This document shows, piece after piece, positions 1-9,322 of a stretch of 64,000 nucleotides of DNA. The DNA lies in contig JBBIPC010000018.1 of the NCBI GenBank assembly GCA_037443035.1, positions 1-64,000 of the forward strand. Reading direction: 5' to 3'. Origin of the DNA: Chthonomonadales bacterium. GTDB taxonomy: Bacteria > Armatimonadota > Chthonomonadetes > Chthonomonadales > CAJBBX01. Every line of letters starts with the position of its first letter. The first letter of the stretch is position 1. The position numbers and the translations under genes are program-made. A model generated the notes under the pieces. The model ran no database searches, was not told the origin of the DNA, and saw only the letters and a program-made list of their open reading frames with translations.

Positions 1-1
1 G

Positions 2-1051
2 GAACGACAAATCCCGTCCGAAAGCCTATCGCTGGTGGATTGGGAGCGGGTCTATCTGGAGCTGCTGGACTACAAGACCGGCCGAGGCTGGCGCAATCTG
101 ATCATCCGCCCGGAGACGCCGCGTCAGCTCATCGGGCAAATCGCCTATACCCTGATTGCCGATGAAGCGGTAGTGAGTCCGAGAACATTTGCCGAGCGCG
201 AACTGCTCCAACAAGCCGTGAGCGCCATTCTGCGCAAGTACCTCGACACCTTCTACCGCCGCCGCCGCGAGCGCTGGGAAAAACAGACACTGGAATATCG
301 CCTGCTGGACGAAAACGACCCCAACCTGGCCTTCAACCGCGACCAGGTGAAGGAAGGCAAAGCCGCGTACATTGTGAGCGTCAAGCGTTCGGATACAGCG
401 CTGGTTGCAGCCCTCCAGAAGTTGTTAGCGGAACCTGAGTGCATCTACCGGCAGGAAGACCGAGACATGCCGCGTATCTGCTTCGACCGACATCTCTACC
501 TGCCCCTGCTGGTGCAGGACTCGGATAAGTTCTCGTCCACACCTCCTGCGCTAACCCAGAGTGAGGCGCAGTTCATCCGCGACTTGAGAGACTTCTGGCA
601 GAAAGAAAAAGACGACCTGATGGCCGGTAAAGAACTGTATGTGTTGCGCAACTTGAGCCGCGGCAAGGGTGTGGGGTTCTTCGAGAACAGCGGTTTCTTC
701 CCGGATTTCATCCTCTGGGTGGTGGATTCCGACAAAGGGGAACAACGCATCGTCTTTGTGGAGCCGCACGGCATGTTGCACTCGAAGGCCTATGAGCACG
801 ACGATAAGGCCCGTCTGCATGAGCGGCTGCCGCAGCTGGCCTGCGAGCTCAGGCAGAGGAGTGGCAAGACGGGCATATCCCTGGATTCGTTTGTCGTATC
901 CGCAACACCGTATGAAGAGCTCCGCGAGCGCTACGATGACGGCAACTGGGAGCGATCGAAGTTCGCCGAGAAGCATATTCTGTTCATGGATGGCGATGCG
1001 ACGCGAAAGAGAGATGATTTCTTGAGGATCCTGGCCCTGCAGAACGCGTGA
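2..1051 (+). CDS. Type III restriction enzyme Res-subunit-like protein, C-terminal part (5'-truncated by window edge)
   Basis: Frame is open from base 2 (ERQIPSESLSLVDW...). Motifs FDRHLYLPLL, L..SE..FIRDL, YVLRNLSRGKGVGFF, FFPDFILW and IVFVEPHG resemble the PD-(D/E)xK endonuclease domain of type III Res proteins. Confidence 0.75.
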   Translation, partial: ERQIPSESLSLVDWERVYLELLDYKTGRGWRNLIIRPETPRQLIGQIAYTLIADEAVVSPRTFAERELLQQAVSAILRKYLDTFYRRRRERWEKQTLEYRLLDENDPNLAFNRDQVKEGKAAYIVSVKRSDTALVAALQKLLAEPECIYRQEDRDMPRICFDRHLYLPLLVQDSDKFSSTPPALTQSEAQFIRDLRDFWQKEKDDLMAGKELYVLRNLSRGKGVGFFENSGFFPDFILWVVDSDKGEQRIVFVEPHGMLHSKAYEHDDKARLHERLPQLACELRQRSGKTGISLDSFVVSATPYEELRERYDDGNWERSKFAEKHILFMDGDATRKRDDFLRILALQNA

Positions 1052-1135
1052 CCGAGCGCGTCCAACAGACTGGAGCGCCGCCGTTCCTTTCTGAGATCAC
1101 GCTCGCCCTTCCTCTCCTCCTCCCAGGCATCCAGG

Positions 1136-1141
1136 TACAAT
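1136..1141 (+). promoter_or_regulatory. Putative -10 box (TACAAT) 10 nt upstream of the ABC ATPase ATG
   Basis: GGTACAAT-ccgggccggt-ATG, with no Shine-Dalgarno sequence between the box and the ATG. Confidence 0.45.
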
Positions 1142-1151
1142 CCGGGCCGGT

Positions 1152-2759
1152 ATGGATGCAGTAGCCGAGCCGTTCGTCCATATGGCAGGGATCACCAAGA
1201 CGTTCGCCACGGGCGTGGTGGCGAATGATGACGCGAACTTGGCGGTCCAGCGCGGAACGATCCATGCCATCGTGGGGGAGAACGGCGCCGGTAAGACGAC
1301 GCTCATGAATGTGCTCTACGGGCGCTATCGTCCCGACGCCGGACGCATTCGCCTGGATGGCCGCGATGTGGAGTTCCGCTCGCCTGCCGACGCGATCAAG
1401 GCTGGTATCGGCATGGTCACCCAGCATTCGACGTTCCTGCCGGCCCTGACCGCTATCGAGAACGTGCTCCTCGGACACGAACCTGCGGTTCTGGGCGTTC
1501 TCCGGCTACGCGCTGCGATGGAGCGAGCCGAGGAGATCGCTGCGAAGCTGGGCATTACCCTCGACTGGCGTGCCCGAGCCGATACCCTCTCTGTGGCCAC
1601 GCTGCACAAAGCCGAGATTATTCGTGCGCTCTATCGTGGTGCGCGTATCCTCATCTTGGACGAGCCTACGGCCGCCCTGGCGCCACAAGAAGCCTCCCAG
1701 CTCTTCTCGCTCCTTCATGACCTTGTCCAATCCGGCCACACCGTGCTTCTGATTACGCACCGCCTGCGAGAGGTGCTGGAGCATGCGGATCGTGTGACCG
1801 TCATGCGTGCCGGCCGTACCGTCGCCGACATGGCCAGCGATTCCACGACGGCCGCAGAGCTGGCGTCTGTCATGGTGGGTCCATCCCGCAAGGTCTATCT
1901 GGCGGCCGAACCAGCCGGCGAGACGTTCGGGGAGGAGCCGACGCTGGCCCCCTCTGACCGTGCGGCATTCGCCGTGGTCGAGAGACATCCTCCCCACGCA
2001 GCACCGCTGCCGGTCCTGGAGGTGCGACACCTCATAGTACCGGGTCAGCATGGGCGACCAGGTCTGCAAGACGTATCGCTGACTCTCTACGCCGGGGAAG
2101 TGCTGGGCATTGCGGGCGTGGATGGGAGCGGTCAATCGGAGCTGTGCGAAGCGATTGTCGGTCTGCGCACGCCGGCCGCGGGTACGATCCTGCTGAACGG
2201 CAAGGACGTCACCCATCGCCCACCGGCTTACCGTCTCCGGAAAGGGTTGGCCTATTGCCCCGAGGACCGCCAAAGAGACGGTCTCGTCTTAGGATTCTCG
2301 GTGGCTGAGAACCTGCTACTCGGCCACCATCGAGAACCCGAACATGGCGGGGGAGCGATACTGAATCCGCAACGCCTTCGCGATGCAACACGGATGGTGC
2401 TGCAACTCCATCACATCGAGGCACCCTCCCCTGAAACGGCCGCTGCATACCTTTCAGGTGGCAATCAGCAGAAGGTTGTCATCGCACGGTGCCTGCTGGG
2501 CAAGCCGTCGGCGCTGGTAGCCATGCATCTGACGCGCGGGCTGGACCTCGCCTCCGTGCGCCGGCTCTACAGCATCCTCGAAGCGGCTAGAAGCCAGGGT
2601 CTGGGTGTGCTGCTGGTGTCCCTGGATCTGGATGAGCTGACCGAAGCTGCCGACCGCATTGCCGTGCTCTTCTCCGGCCGGTTGGCGGGCATTGTCACGC
2701 GCCAGGAGATGGACCGTGATACCCTTGGCCGCATGATGACGACGGGGGCGGCACACTGA
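1152..2759 (+). CDS. Sugar/nucleoside (CUT2-type) ABC transporter ATP-binding protein, two ABC domains
   Basis: Walker A GENGAGKT, ILDEPT, degenerate second Walker A AGVDGSGQ, LSGGNQQK and TRGLD. Confidence 0.92.
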   Translation: MDAVAEPFVHMAGITKTFATGVVANDDANLAVQRGTIHAIVGENGAGKTTLMNVLYGRYRPDAGRIRLDGRDVEFRSPADAIKAGIGMVTQHSTFLPALTAIENVLLGHEPAVLGVLRLRAAMERAEEIAAKLGITLDWRARADTLSVATLHKAEIIRALYRGARILILDEPTAALAPQEASQLFSLLHDLVQSGHTVLLITHRLREVLEHADRVTVMRAGRTVADMASDSTTAAELASVMVGPSRKVYLAAEPAGETFGEEPTLAPSDRAAFAVVERHPPHAAPLPVLEVRHLIVPGQHGRPGLQDVSLTLYAGEVLGIAGVDGSGQSELCEAIVGLRTPAAGTILLNGKDVTHRPPAYRLRKGLAYCPEDRQRDGLVLGFSVAENLLLGHHREPEHGGGAILNPQRLRDATRMVLQLHHIEAPSPETAAAYLSGGNQQKVVIARCLLGKPSALVAMHLTRGLDLASVRRLYSILEAARSQGLGVLLVSLDLDELTEAADRIAVLFSGRLAGIVTRQEMDRDTLGRMMTTGAAH

Positions 2760-3832
2760 TGCGCGCCACATGGCGGAGAGTCGTGATCGTCTTCGGTCCG
2801 CTATTCGGTGCGCTCGCGGCTGGATGGATGATCATCGCGCTCACCGGTGGCGACGCCAACGGAGCCATGTGGCAGCTCCTTGTCGGGGCGGTAGGAGATC
2901 TCCCTGGAGCGACACACACCTTCCTCGAAACGGGCCGGGTAGCGGTACCCAACGAGCTACTCCGTTCTCTCGCCAAGGCCACCCCGCTCCTCTTGAGCGG
3001 CCTTGCGGTGGCCCTGGCATTGCGCGGCGGCCTGTTCAACATTGGAGCGGAAGGGCAGCTCATGGTGGGTGCCCTGACCACCGCCTGGGTGGGATACGCC
3101 GCTGCGGGACTGCCCCTGTGGATTCACCTGCCGCTGGCTCTGGCGGCCGGCGCTTGCGCTGGTGCGGGCTGGGCCGCCATGGCCGGTGCACTCAAAGCAT
3201 GGCGCGGTGCGCACGAAGTCATTGTCACCATCATGCTGAACTACGTGGCCATCCTCCTCACCCATTGGCTCGTGAACGGTCCCATGCGAGACTCCACGAG
3301 CCTAGCTCCTGCCACGCCGCAGGTACTCCCTACCGCTCGGCTGTGGGCTGTGGAGGGAGGTGCCAACTTCTCCGCAGGGTTCGGCATTGCCCTGGCGTCG
3401 GCTCCCCTGGTCGCGTTCCTCCTCCGGCGCATGGCGTTAGGGTATGAGATTCGTGCCGTGGGAGCGAATCCCCAGGCGGCACGCGCGGCCGGCATTCGCG
3501 TCGGGTGGATAACAGTGACCGTCATGGCGCTATCCGGAGCGCTGGCGGGTCTGGCTGGCGCCGTCGAGGTCCTGGGGGTGCATCGGCGCTTTCTCGATGC
3601 GTTTTCGCCTGGATATGGTTTCGATAGTATCGCCGTCGCCCTCCTGGGGAATCTCAACCCCGCGGGCGTCGTCTTTTCCGCGCTTCTTTTCGGCGCGCTT
3701 GGCAGCGGCGCAGTGCACATGGAAGCATTCACCGGCACCGCGCGTCAGATCGCCGGCATCATTCAAGCTCTGGTCATTCTGGCGGTCGGTGTTCGCGCCT
3801 TCCGCATACCGTGGAGGGATCGAAAGCCATGA
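2759..3832 (+). CDS. Nucleoside/sugar ABC transporter permease
   Basis: Polytopic protein with GLFNIGAEGQ, HEVIVTIMLNY, GYEIRAVGANP.AA..AGI and GYGFDSIAVALLG. Start overlaps the ATPase stop. Confidence 0.92.
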   Translation: MRATWRRVVIVFGPLFGALAAGWMIIALTGGDANGAMWQLLVGAVGDLPGATHTFLETGRVAVPNELLRSLAKATPLLLSGLAVALALRGGLFNIGAEGQLMVGALTTAWVGYAAAGLPLWIHLPLALAAGACAGAGWAAMAGALKAWRGAHEVIVTIMLNYVAILLTHWLVNGPMRDSTSLAPATPQVLPTARLWAVEGGANFSAGFGIALASAPLVAFLLRRMALGYEIRAVGANPQAARAAGIRVGWITVTVMALSGALAGLAGAVEVLGVHRRFLDAFSPGYGFDSIAVALLGNLNPAGVVFSALLFGALGSGAVHMEAFTGTARQIAGIIQALVILAVGVRAFRIPWRDRKP

Positions 3833-4692
3833 ACAGCGAGTCGGCACTTGCCGTCGTCGGTGTCATGGCGGTGAGGCAGGCCTGCCCTTTGATCCTGGCG
3901 GCCATGGGTGGCATTCTCTCGGAGCGTTCGGGCGTCGTGAACATTGCGCTGGAAGGATTCATGCTCGCAGGGGCCTTCGTGGGAGTGTGGGTCGGATCCA
4001 CGGCAGGCATTTGGGCCGGCATTGTAGCGGCGCTTGTGGCAGGAGCAGCATTGGGCGCCATCCACTTCATCCTGACCCAGCGCCTGCACATGAACCAGAT
4101 TGTGAGTGGAGTCGCGCTGAACCTACTGGCTCTGCATGCCTCGACATTTCTCGTTCGCACTCTCTTCCATCAGGCCAACCCGCCGCGAGACGCCAAACTG
4201 ATGGAAGCAATCCCAGTAATCTGGTTCATCATGGCCGCCATCCTCCTGCCCCCGGTTCTCCACGGCGTTCTGTATCACACGGTGTTCGGTCTTCGCCTGC
4301 GCGCCACGGGTGAGAGCATCGCCGGTACGAAGATGGCTGGCATCAACCCGCTGGTCATGCGGACTTGGGGGGTCGTTCTCTCTGGAGTGCTGGCAGCCGG
4401 CGCTGGCGCATACCTGTCCATGGCGCTTGTCGGCCGGTTCACCGAAGACATGGTCAGTGGTCGAGGGTTCATTGCCCTTGCGGCAGTCGTGTGCGGAAGA
4501 TGGACTCCCCTCGGATCGGCGCTTGCGTGCGTGGCATTCGGCGCGTTCGATGCACTGCAGCTGCACCTACAGGGCACGGTGGCTCTACCGGCGGAGTTCC
4601 TCAGGGCAATACCCTACGTTCTCACTATTGTCGCGGCTGCCCTGTTCCGCTCCAGTCCGCCTGCCGACCTGGGAAAGGATCCCGACGAGTGA
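3829..4692 (+). CDS. Nucleoside/sugar ABC transporter permease (second subunit)
   Basis: SERSGVVNIALEG, GLRLRATGE, GRGFIALAA...GRW.P and PYVLT. ATGA overlap at 3829-3832. Confidence 0.92.
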   Translation: MNSESALAVVGVMAVRQACPLILAAMGGILSERSGVVNIALEGFMLAGAFVGVWVGSTAGIWAGIVAALVAGAALGAIHFILTQRLHMNQIVSGVALNLLALHASTFLVRTLFHQANPPRDAKLMEAIPVIWFIMAAILLPPVLHGVLYHTVFGLRLRATGESIAGTKMAGINPLVMRTWGVVLSGVLAAGAGAYLSMALVGRFTEDMVSGRGFIALAAVVCGRWTPLGSALACVAFGAFDALQLHLQGTVALPAEFLRAIPYVLTIVAAALFRSSPPADLGKDPDE

Positions 4693-4777
4693 ACCAGTCA
4701 TGCTTCAGGCGGATATGTGACACCATGTACGTGGTCGGAGCAAGCACTTCTCTCAGACACGATAACGGAGGCCAGCC

Positions 4778-5032
4778 ATGCCCGTGATAAGGGTTCGCAT
4801 TGCAGCACGTACCGCTGATCAGGCCCGAGAGCCGATACTCTACCGGCTGGGAAAGGACTTTCACATTGTAACGAACCTGCGCCGCGCCAGTCTTTCGGAG
4901 GAAGGCGGATATGCCGAAGTAGACCTGGAGGGGCCGCTCGAGGAGGTTCAGCGCGCCATCGCCTGGCTGCACACCACCGGCCTGCACGTGGATGCCTTGC
5001 AGCGGTCCGTTGGGGACGGCAGCAACCTGTGA
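4778..5032 (+). CDS. Stand-alone NIL domain protein
   Basis: 84 aa. EPILYRLGKDFHIVTNLRRASL..EGG...VDLEG...EVQRAI.WL...G..V fits the NIL pattern. RBS GGAGG upstream. Confidence 0.75.
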   Translation: MPVIRVRIAARTADQAREPILYRLGKDFHIVTNLRRASLSEEGGYAEVDLEGPLEEVQRAIAWLHTTGLHVDALQRSVGDGSNL

Positions 5033-5787
5033 CCATGGGCGCCGTGGAGCGTCTCGACACGGCCATGGTTCGGCGCGGTCTGGTTGCGTCCAGAGAGCGC
5101 GCGCAGATGCTCATCCGTGCAGGAGCCGTTACCGTGGATGGTGTGTTGGCCCGGAAACCGTCCCAGCACGTTGGCACGGAAGACGCCATTCTTGTAACCG
5201 GTGAAGTCCTTCCGTATGTGAGTCGCGGCGGTCTGAAGCTCGAAGCCGCGCTCCGGCATTTCCGCATTAACGTCAACGGAGCACGATGTCTGGACGTGGG
5301 AGCTTCCACTGGTGGCTTTACCGACTGTCTGCTCCAACGGGGCGCATCGCACGTCGTGGCGGTGGACGTAGGTCGAGATCAGTTGCATCCTTCACTCCGC
5401 GAGGACTCGAGGGTTACGAATCTGGAGGGGGTCAATGCCCGCTATCTCACACCCGAGCAGGTTGGATCGGACTTTCACGTGGTCACCGTTGACGTTTCCT
5501 TCATCTCCGCTACTCTGGTTCTGCCAGCGCTCGTGCCGCTGCTCAGGCCAGGTGGCTTCCTGATCGTGCTCGTGAAGCCGGAGTTCGAGGCAGGACAGGA
5601 AGCCGTCGGCCCCGATGGCGTGGTGCGCGACGAAGACGGCCGCCGTCGAGCACGGGACCGGGTCTCGCTGGCGGCACGAGAACTAGGTCTGAACAAGCTC
5701 GGCATGATCCCCTCGCCTATCCGTACTGGAGGCAACCTCGAGTATCTCGCGTGCTTCCGCAAGCCCAGGGAGGTGACCACACCATGA
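5029..5787 (+). CDS. tlyA: TlyA family rRNA 2'-O-methyltransferase (S4 + FtsJ domains)
   Basis: RLD...RGL..SRERA, YVSRGGLKL, LDVGASTGGFTDCLLQRGA, DVSFIS, LVKPEFE and GNLEYL. Confidence 0.95.
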   Translation: MTMGAVERLDTAMVRRGLVASRERAQMLIRAGAVTVDGVLARKPSQHVGTEDAILVTGEVLPYVSRGGLKLEAALRHFRINVNGARCLDVGASTGGFTDCLLQRGASHVVAVDVGRDQLHPSLREDSRVTNLEGVNARYLTPEQVGSDFHVVTVDVSFISATLVLPALVPLLRPGGFLIVLVKPEFEAGQEAVGPDGVVRDEDGRRRARDRVSLAARELGLNKLGMIPSPIRTGGNLEYLACFRKPREVTTP

Positions 5788-8123
5788 TGTTCCTCGCACT
5801 CTCGTCGCTACTAGCCGCTGCAGCGCCCGTTCGTGGCACACCGCCGAAGCTGCCTGCTGGGCCGATCCCCGACGGTCTCGGTGTGAACATTCACTTCACG
5901 GACCCGCAGAAGGGCGAGATGGAGATGATGGCCGCCGGCGGTTTCACATGGGTGCGCATGGATTATGACTGGAACCAGGTGGAGTACGAAAAGGGGAAAT
6001 ACCGCTTCGATGCCTATGACCGCCTGATGGCAGCTCTCGAGGCCCACCGTATGCGGCCGATCTTCATCCTGGACTACGTACACCGCTTCTACGACGATGC
6101 GCAGTCGCCGCACTCCGACGAGGCCATCGAGGCTTTCGCTAGGTTCGCCGCCGCCTCGGCCAAGCACTTCAGGGGCAGAGGCATACTGTGGGAGATGTAC
6201 AACGAGCCGAACATCTTCCCGTTCTGGCGTCCTAGGCCGAATGTCAACGACTACATCCGGCTCGCCACGGCTGTGGGCAGAGCCATCCGCACCGCCGCGC
6301 CTGGAGAAGCTTACATCGGACCGGCAACGTCCACGATTGACTTCGCGTTTCTCGAAGCCTGCTTCAAAGCAGGGCTTCTCGAATACTGGGACGCAGTTTC
6401 CGTCCATCCATACCGTTCTGCTCCACCGGAGACCGTGATCCCGGAGTACAGGCGCCTGCGTGGGATGATCCGCAAGTACGCCCCGAAAGGCAAGAACATA
6501 CCGATCATCTCAGGCGAGTGGGGATACTCATCGGTATGGGGCGGCATGGACCCAGAGACCCAGGGCAAGATGCTCGCCCGCCAGTGGCTGACGAACATTG
6601 TTTCCGGTGTACCCCTATCGATCTGGTACGACTGGCACGACGACGGGCCAGATCCGAAGGAGCCCGAACACCACTTCGGCACGGTTCTGCATCCCTACAA
6701 AGCCGACGCGTCCCCCGTGTACGACCCCAAGCCCACTTACTTGGCAGCACAGACATTGGCGTCGTATCTGCGGGGCTATCGCCTCTCGAAGAGGCTAGTT
6801 GTCGGAGGCAACGAGCACTTCGTCTTGGTGTTCCGCAAGGGGAAAGACGTGAGGCTGGCCGCGTGGACGACAATCCCGGGCGGAGCAGAAGTTCTGATTC
6901 CCGCCAGCCCCGGTCGCTTCGAAGGGACGAACCATCTCGGCCATGCCGTGGGTACGCTAGTCGCGACAGCGCAAGGGCTTCGCTTGAAGCTCACCGATGC
7001 ACCGCTGTATCTGCGACCGCTGTCCCCCAATACGGTCCTCTCGCTGGCGGCAGTATGGGAGACCTTGCCCTTGGATACTGCGGTGCCGTATCGCCCAACG
7101 TTGGCGCTCAGAGCAACGCTGACGAACGTGACCGGTAGGACTGTGAGGATTGACGACGGTACCAGCACCGTCACGCTTACGCCCGGCCAACGTTGCCTGG
7201 TCAGCCGGACAATCAAGCTAGAGCGGACCGCAGCCCCGATGCCAGCGCAGTTGTCGTTCCGTGTGGATGGATCAGCTCCCGTGGTCCAGGAAACGGCAGT
7301 AGTTATCACCAATCCACTAGATCTGCTCATCCTCCCCCCACATGGCAACACAGTCAGTATGATCCTCCGCAATCCATCAGGCGAGGCGTTCGGCGGAACC
7401 GTCGTGCTCACAACCGCATCAGAGGACGGCGTCTCCGCCCGACTTCAGGTACCGGTGAGGTTGGACCGTGGTAATACGGAGGTCGTCCTTCGGGGTGCCC
7501 TGCAGCAGCGGCTGGCAGTCTCCACCGTCGGGGGAGAGTTGCGCGACGCGCGTGGGATTACGCAGATCAAGCTCAAGCCCAGGACGTTTCTGCCAGTACT
7601 GGAAAAGCTCCGGGCTGCCGCCGGCACACTCCAAGCTTCACTCCAATTGATCCCAGACGGCGATGCACGGGTGCACTCTGACCAAACCCTCGCCGAGACC
7701 ACCCCACCCGAAGGAGCGCCGGAGCCAGGGATGGCCACGCTTTGTCTGACCTACCGATACGACGAGGGCTGGAAGTTCGTGCGCGTGGCGCCGGCCTTGG
7801 ACGTGAGCCGATCTATCCCGGACCGCCCTGCAGCTCTCGGCCTGTGGATCTACGGAGATGGCAAGGGCAACATCCCGCGCGTCAGGTTCGTGGATGCCAC
7901 GAATCAGACCTTCCAGCCCGACGGCGAGCCAATCACGTGGAAGGGATGGCGATACGTGGAGTTCCCCATGGACGGCACGCGTGCTGGACGGTGGGGAGGT
8001 GCCAATGATGGGATCGTCCACTATCCCATACGCTGGGACACCCTGTTTCTTCTCGATAGCGCAGGGGGCCGAGCTACCAGCGGCGAAGTGTGGTTCGCCG
8101 GATTGACGTTCATTTACGATTAG
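5784..8123 (+). CDS. Secreted clan GH-A glycoside hydrolase (GH39/GH5-like) with C-terminal CBM-like domain
   Basis: Signal peptide MMFLALSSLLAAAA. Motifs GVNIHF, WVRMD, WEMYNEPN (acid/base), SVHPY, ISGEWGY (nucleophile) and E.HFG. C-terminal beta-sandwich GLWIYGDG...ITWKGWRYVEFP. ATGA overlap with tlyA. Confidence 0.8.
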   Translation: MMFLALSSLLAAAAPVRGTPPKLPAGPIPDGLGVNIHFTDPQKGEMEMMAAGGFTWVRMDYDWNQVEYEKGKYRFDAYDRLMAALEAHRMRPIFILDYVHRFYDDAQSPHSDEAIEAFARFAAASAKHFRGRGILWEMYNEPNIFPFWRPRPNVNDYIRLATAVGRAIRTAAPGEAYIGPATSTIDFAFLEACFKAGLLEYWDAVSVHPYRSAPPETVIPEYRRLRGMIRKYAPKGKNIPIISGEWGYSSVWGGMDPETQGKMLARQWLTNIVSGVPLSIWYDWHDDGPDPKEPEHHFGTVLHPYKADASPVYDPKPTYLAAQTLASYLRGYRLSKRLVVGGNEHFVLVFRKGKDVRLAAWTTIPGGAEVLIPASPGRFEGTNHLGHAVGTLVATAQGLRLKLTDAPLYLRPLSPNTVLSLAAVWETLPLDTAVPYRPTLALRATLTNVTGRTVRIDDGTSTVTLTPGQRCLVSRTIKLERTAAPMPAQLSFRVDGSAPVVQETAVVITNPLDLLILPPHGNTVSMILRNPSGEAFGGTVVLTTASEDGVSARLQVPVRLDRGNTEVVLRGALQQRLAVSTVGGELRDARGITQIKLKPRTFLPVLEKLRAAAGTLQASLQLIPDGDARVHSDQTLAETTPPEGAPEPGMATLCLTYRYDEGWKFVRVAPALDVSRSIPDRPAALGLWIYGDGKGNIPRVRFVDATNQTFQPDGEPITWKGWRYVEFPMDGTRAGRWGGANDGIVHYPIRWDTLFLLDSAGGRATSGEVWFAGLTFIYD

Positions 8124-8142
8124 ATTCGGAGGAGTAAGCAAC

Positions 8143-9252
8143 ATGCCAGACGCTTTCAATGGCCTGGGGCTAGGGCTGCACAATATCAGCCGCCTGTCGA
8201 ACGCTGTAACCCGCTCCATCTCCGCAGAGAACCCTGACGGAAGCAAGGGCAAGGGTGGCATGGCCATGCCGCCTACCGATGCCCACGGCAGACTGGTTGG
8301 CGCAGCCAGAGAGCTAGGTCAAGGATGGAAGGTCCGCCCGTGCATCACACTCGAGCCCCTGAAGTCGGTGTCATTGGCGGATATCGAAGGTCCGGGGGCC
8401 ATTCAGCACATCTGGATCACGGTGCATCCTGACTGGTGGCGGCGACTCGTGGTGCGGTGTTACTGGGACGACGAGGAGACGCCTTCCATCGAGACTCCCC
8501 TCGGCGACTTCTTCTGTATGGGCTGGTGTCAGCGAGCGAACGTCAATTCGCTGCCCATCGCGGTGAATCCAGCAGGCGGATTCAACAGCTACTGGGAGAT
8601 GCCTTTCAGGAAGAAAGCGCGTATCACCGTCGAAAACCTCTGGGACGAACCGTGCCACGGTTTCTTCTATCAGATCACGTACGCCCTGACGGATGTTGCA
8701 GACGATGCGGCGTACCTCCACGCCCAATGGCGACGAGACAACCCGCTTCCCTACGCCACAGTCCACACGATCCTCGACGGCGTCCGAGGACAGGGCCATT
8801 ACGTCGGCACCTACATCGCCTGGCAGACCAACAACTGCGGCTGGTGGGGCGAGGGCGAGGTCAAGTTCTACCTCGATGGCGATACCGACTTTCCGACGAT
8901 CTGCGGTACGGGCACGGAGGACTACTTCGGTGGTGCGTGGGATTGGGAACAGCCAGCGGGACAGTACTGCATCTACTCGACTCCTTTTCTCGGCATGCCC
9001 CAGGTCATCTCCGCTGGCGCGGAAGGTATGTACCGGAGCCAGCAGCGCCACGGCATGTATCGCTGGCACATCATGGACCCCATTCGCTTCCAGAGTGACA
9101 TCCGAGTGACAATTCAGGCGCTTGGATGGCGTTCAGGTGGCCGCTACTTGCCGCTCCAAGACGACATCGCTTCCGTAGCTTACTGGTATCAGGCGGAGCC
9201 GCATGCGCCGTTTCCAGAGCTGCCCGATCGGAACGCATTGGAGGTCATCTAG
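8143..9252 (+). CDS. DUF2961 / GH172 family glycoside hydrolase, no signal peptide
   Basis: RSISAENPDG.KG.GG, GPGAIQHIW.T, PLGDFF, NSYWEMPF, WWGEGEVKFYLDGD..FPTICGTGTEDYFG and YRWHIMDPIRF. Confidence 0.88.
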   Translation: MPDAFNGLGLGLHNISRLSNAVTRSISAENPDGSKGKGGMAMPPTDAHGRLVGAARELGQGWKVRPCITLEPLKSVSLADIEGPGAIQHIWITVHPDWWRRLVVRCYWDDEETPSIETPLGDFFCMGWCQRANVNSLPIAVNPAGGFNSYWEMPFRKKARITVENLWDEPCHGFFYQITYALTDVADDAAYLHAQWRRDNPLPYATVHTILDGVRGQGHYVGTYIAWQTNNCGWWGEGEVKFYLDGDTDFPTICGTGTEDYFGGAWDWEQPAGQYCIYSTPFLGMPQVISAGAEGMYRSQQRHGMYRWHIMDPIRFQSDIRVTIQALGWRSGGRYLPLQDDIASVAYWYQAEPHAPFPELPDRNALEVI

Positions 9253-9322
9253 CGCTCCTCATCGGACGGTCGGAGCCGAGCATCAATTCTAGTGCAGTAA
9301 AGCGCACTACTAGGAAGGGAAC

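Noticed and set aside
9290..9309. TAGTGC-N8-GCACTA inverted repeat before the Gfo/Idh/MocA gene
   Set aside because: Only 6 bp per arm, with no second copy or nearby regulator to support it.
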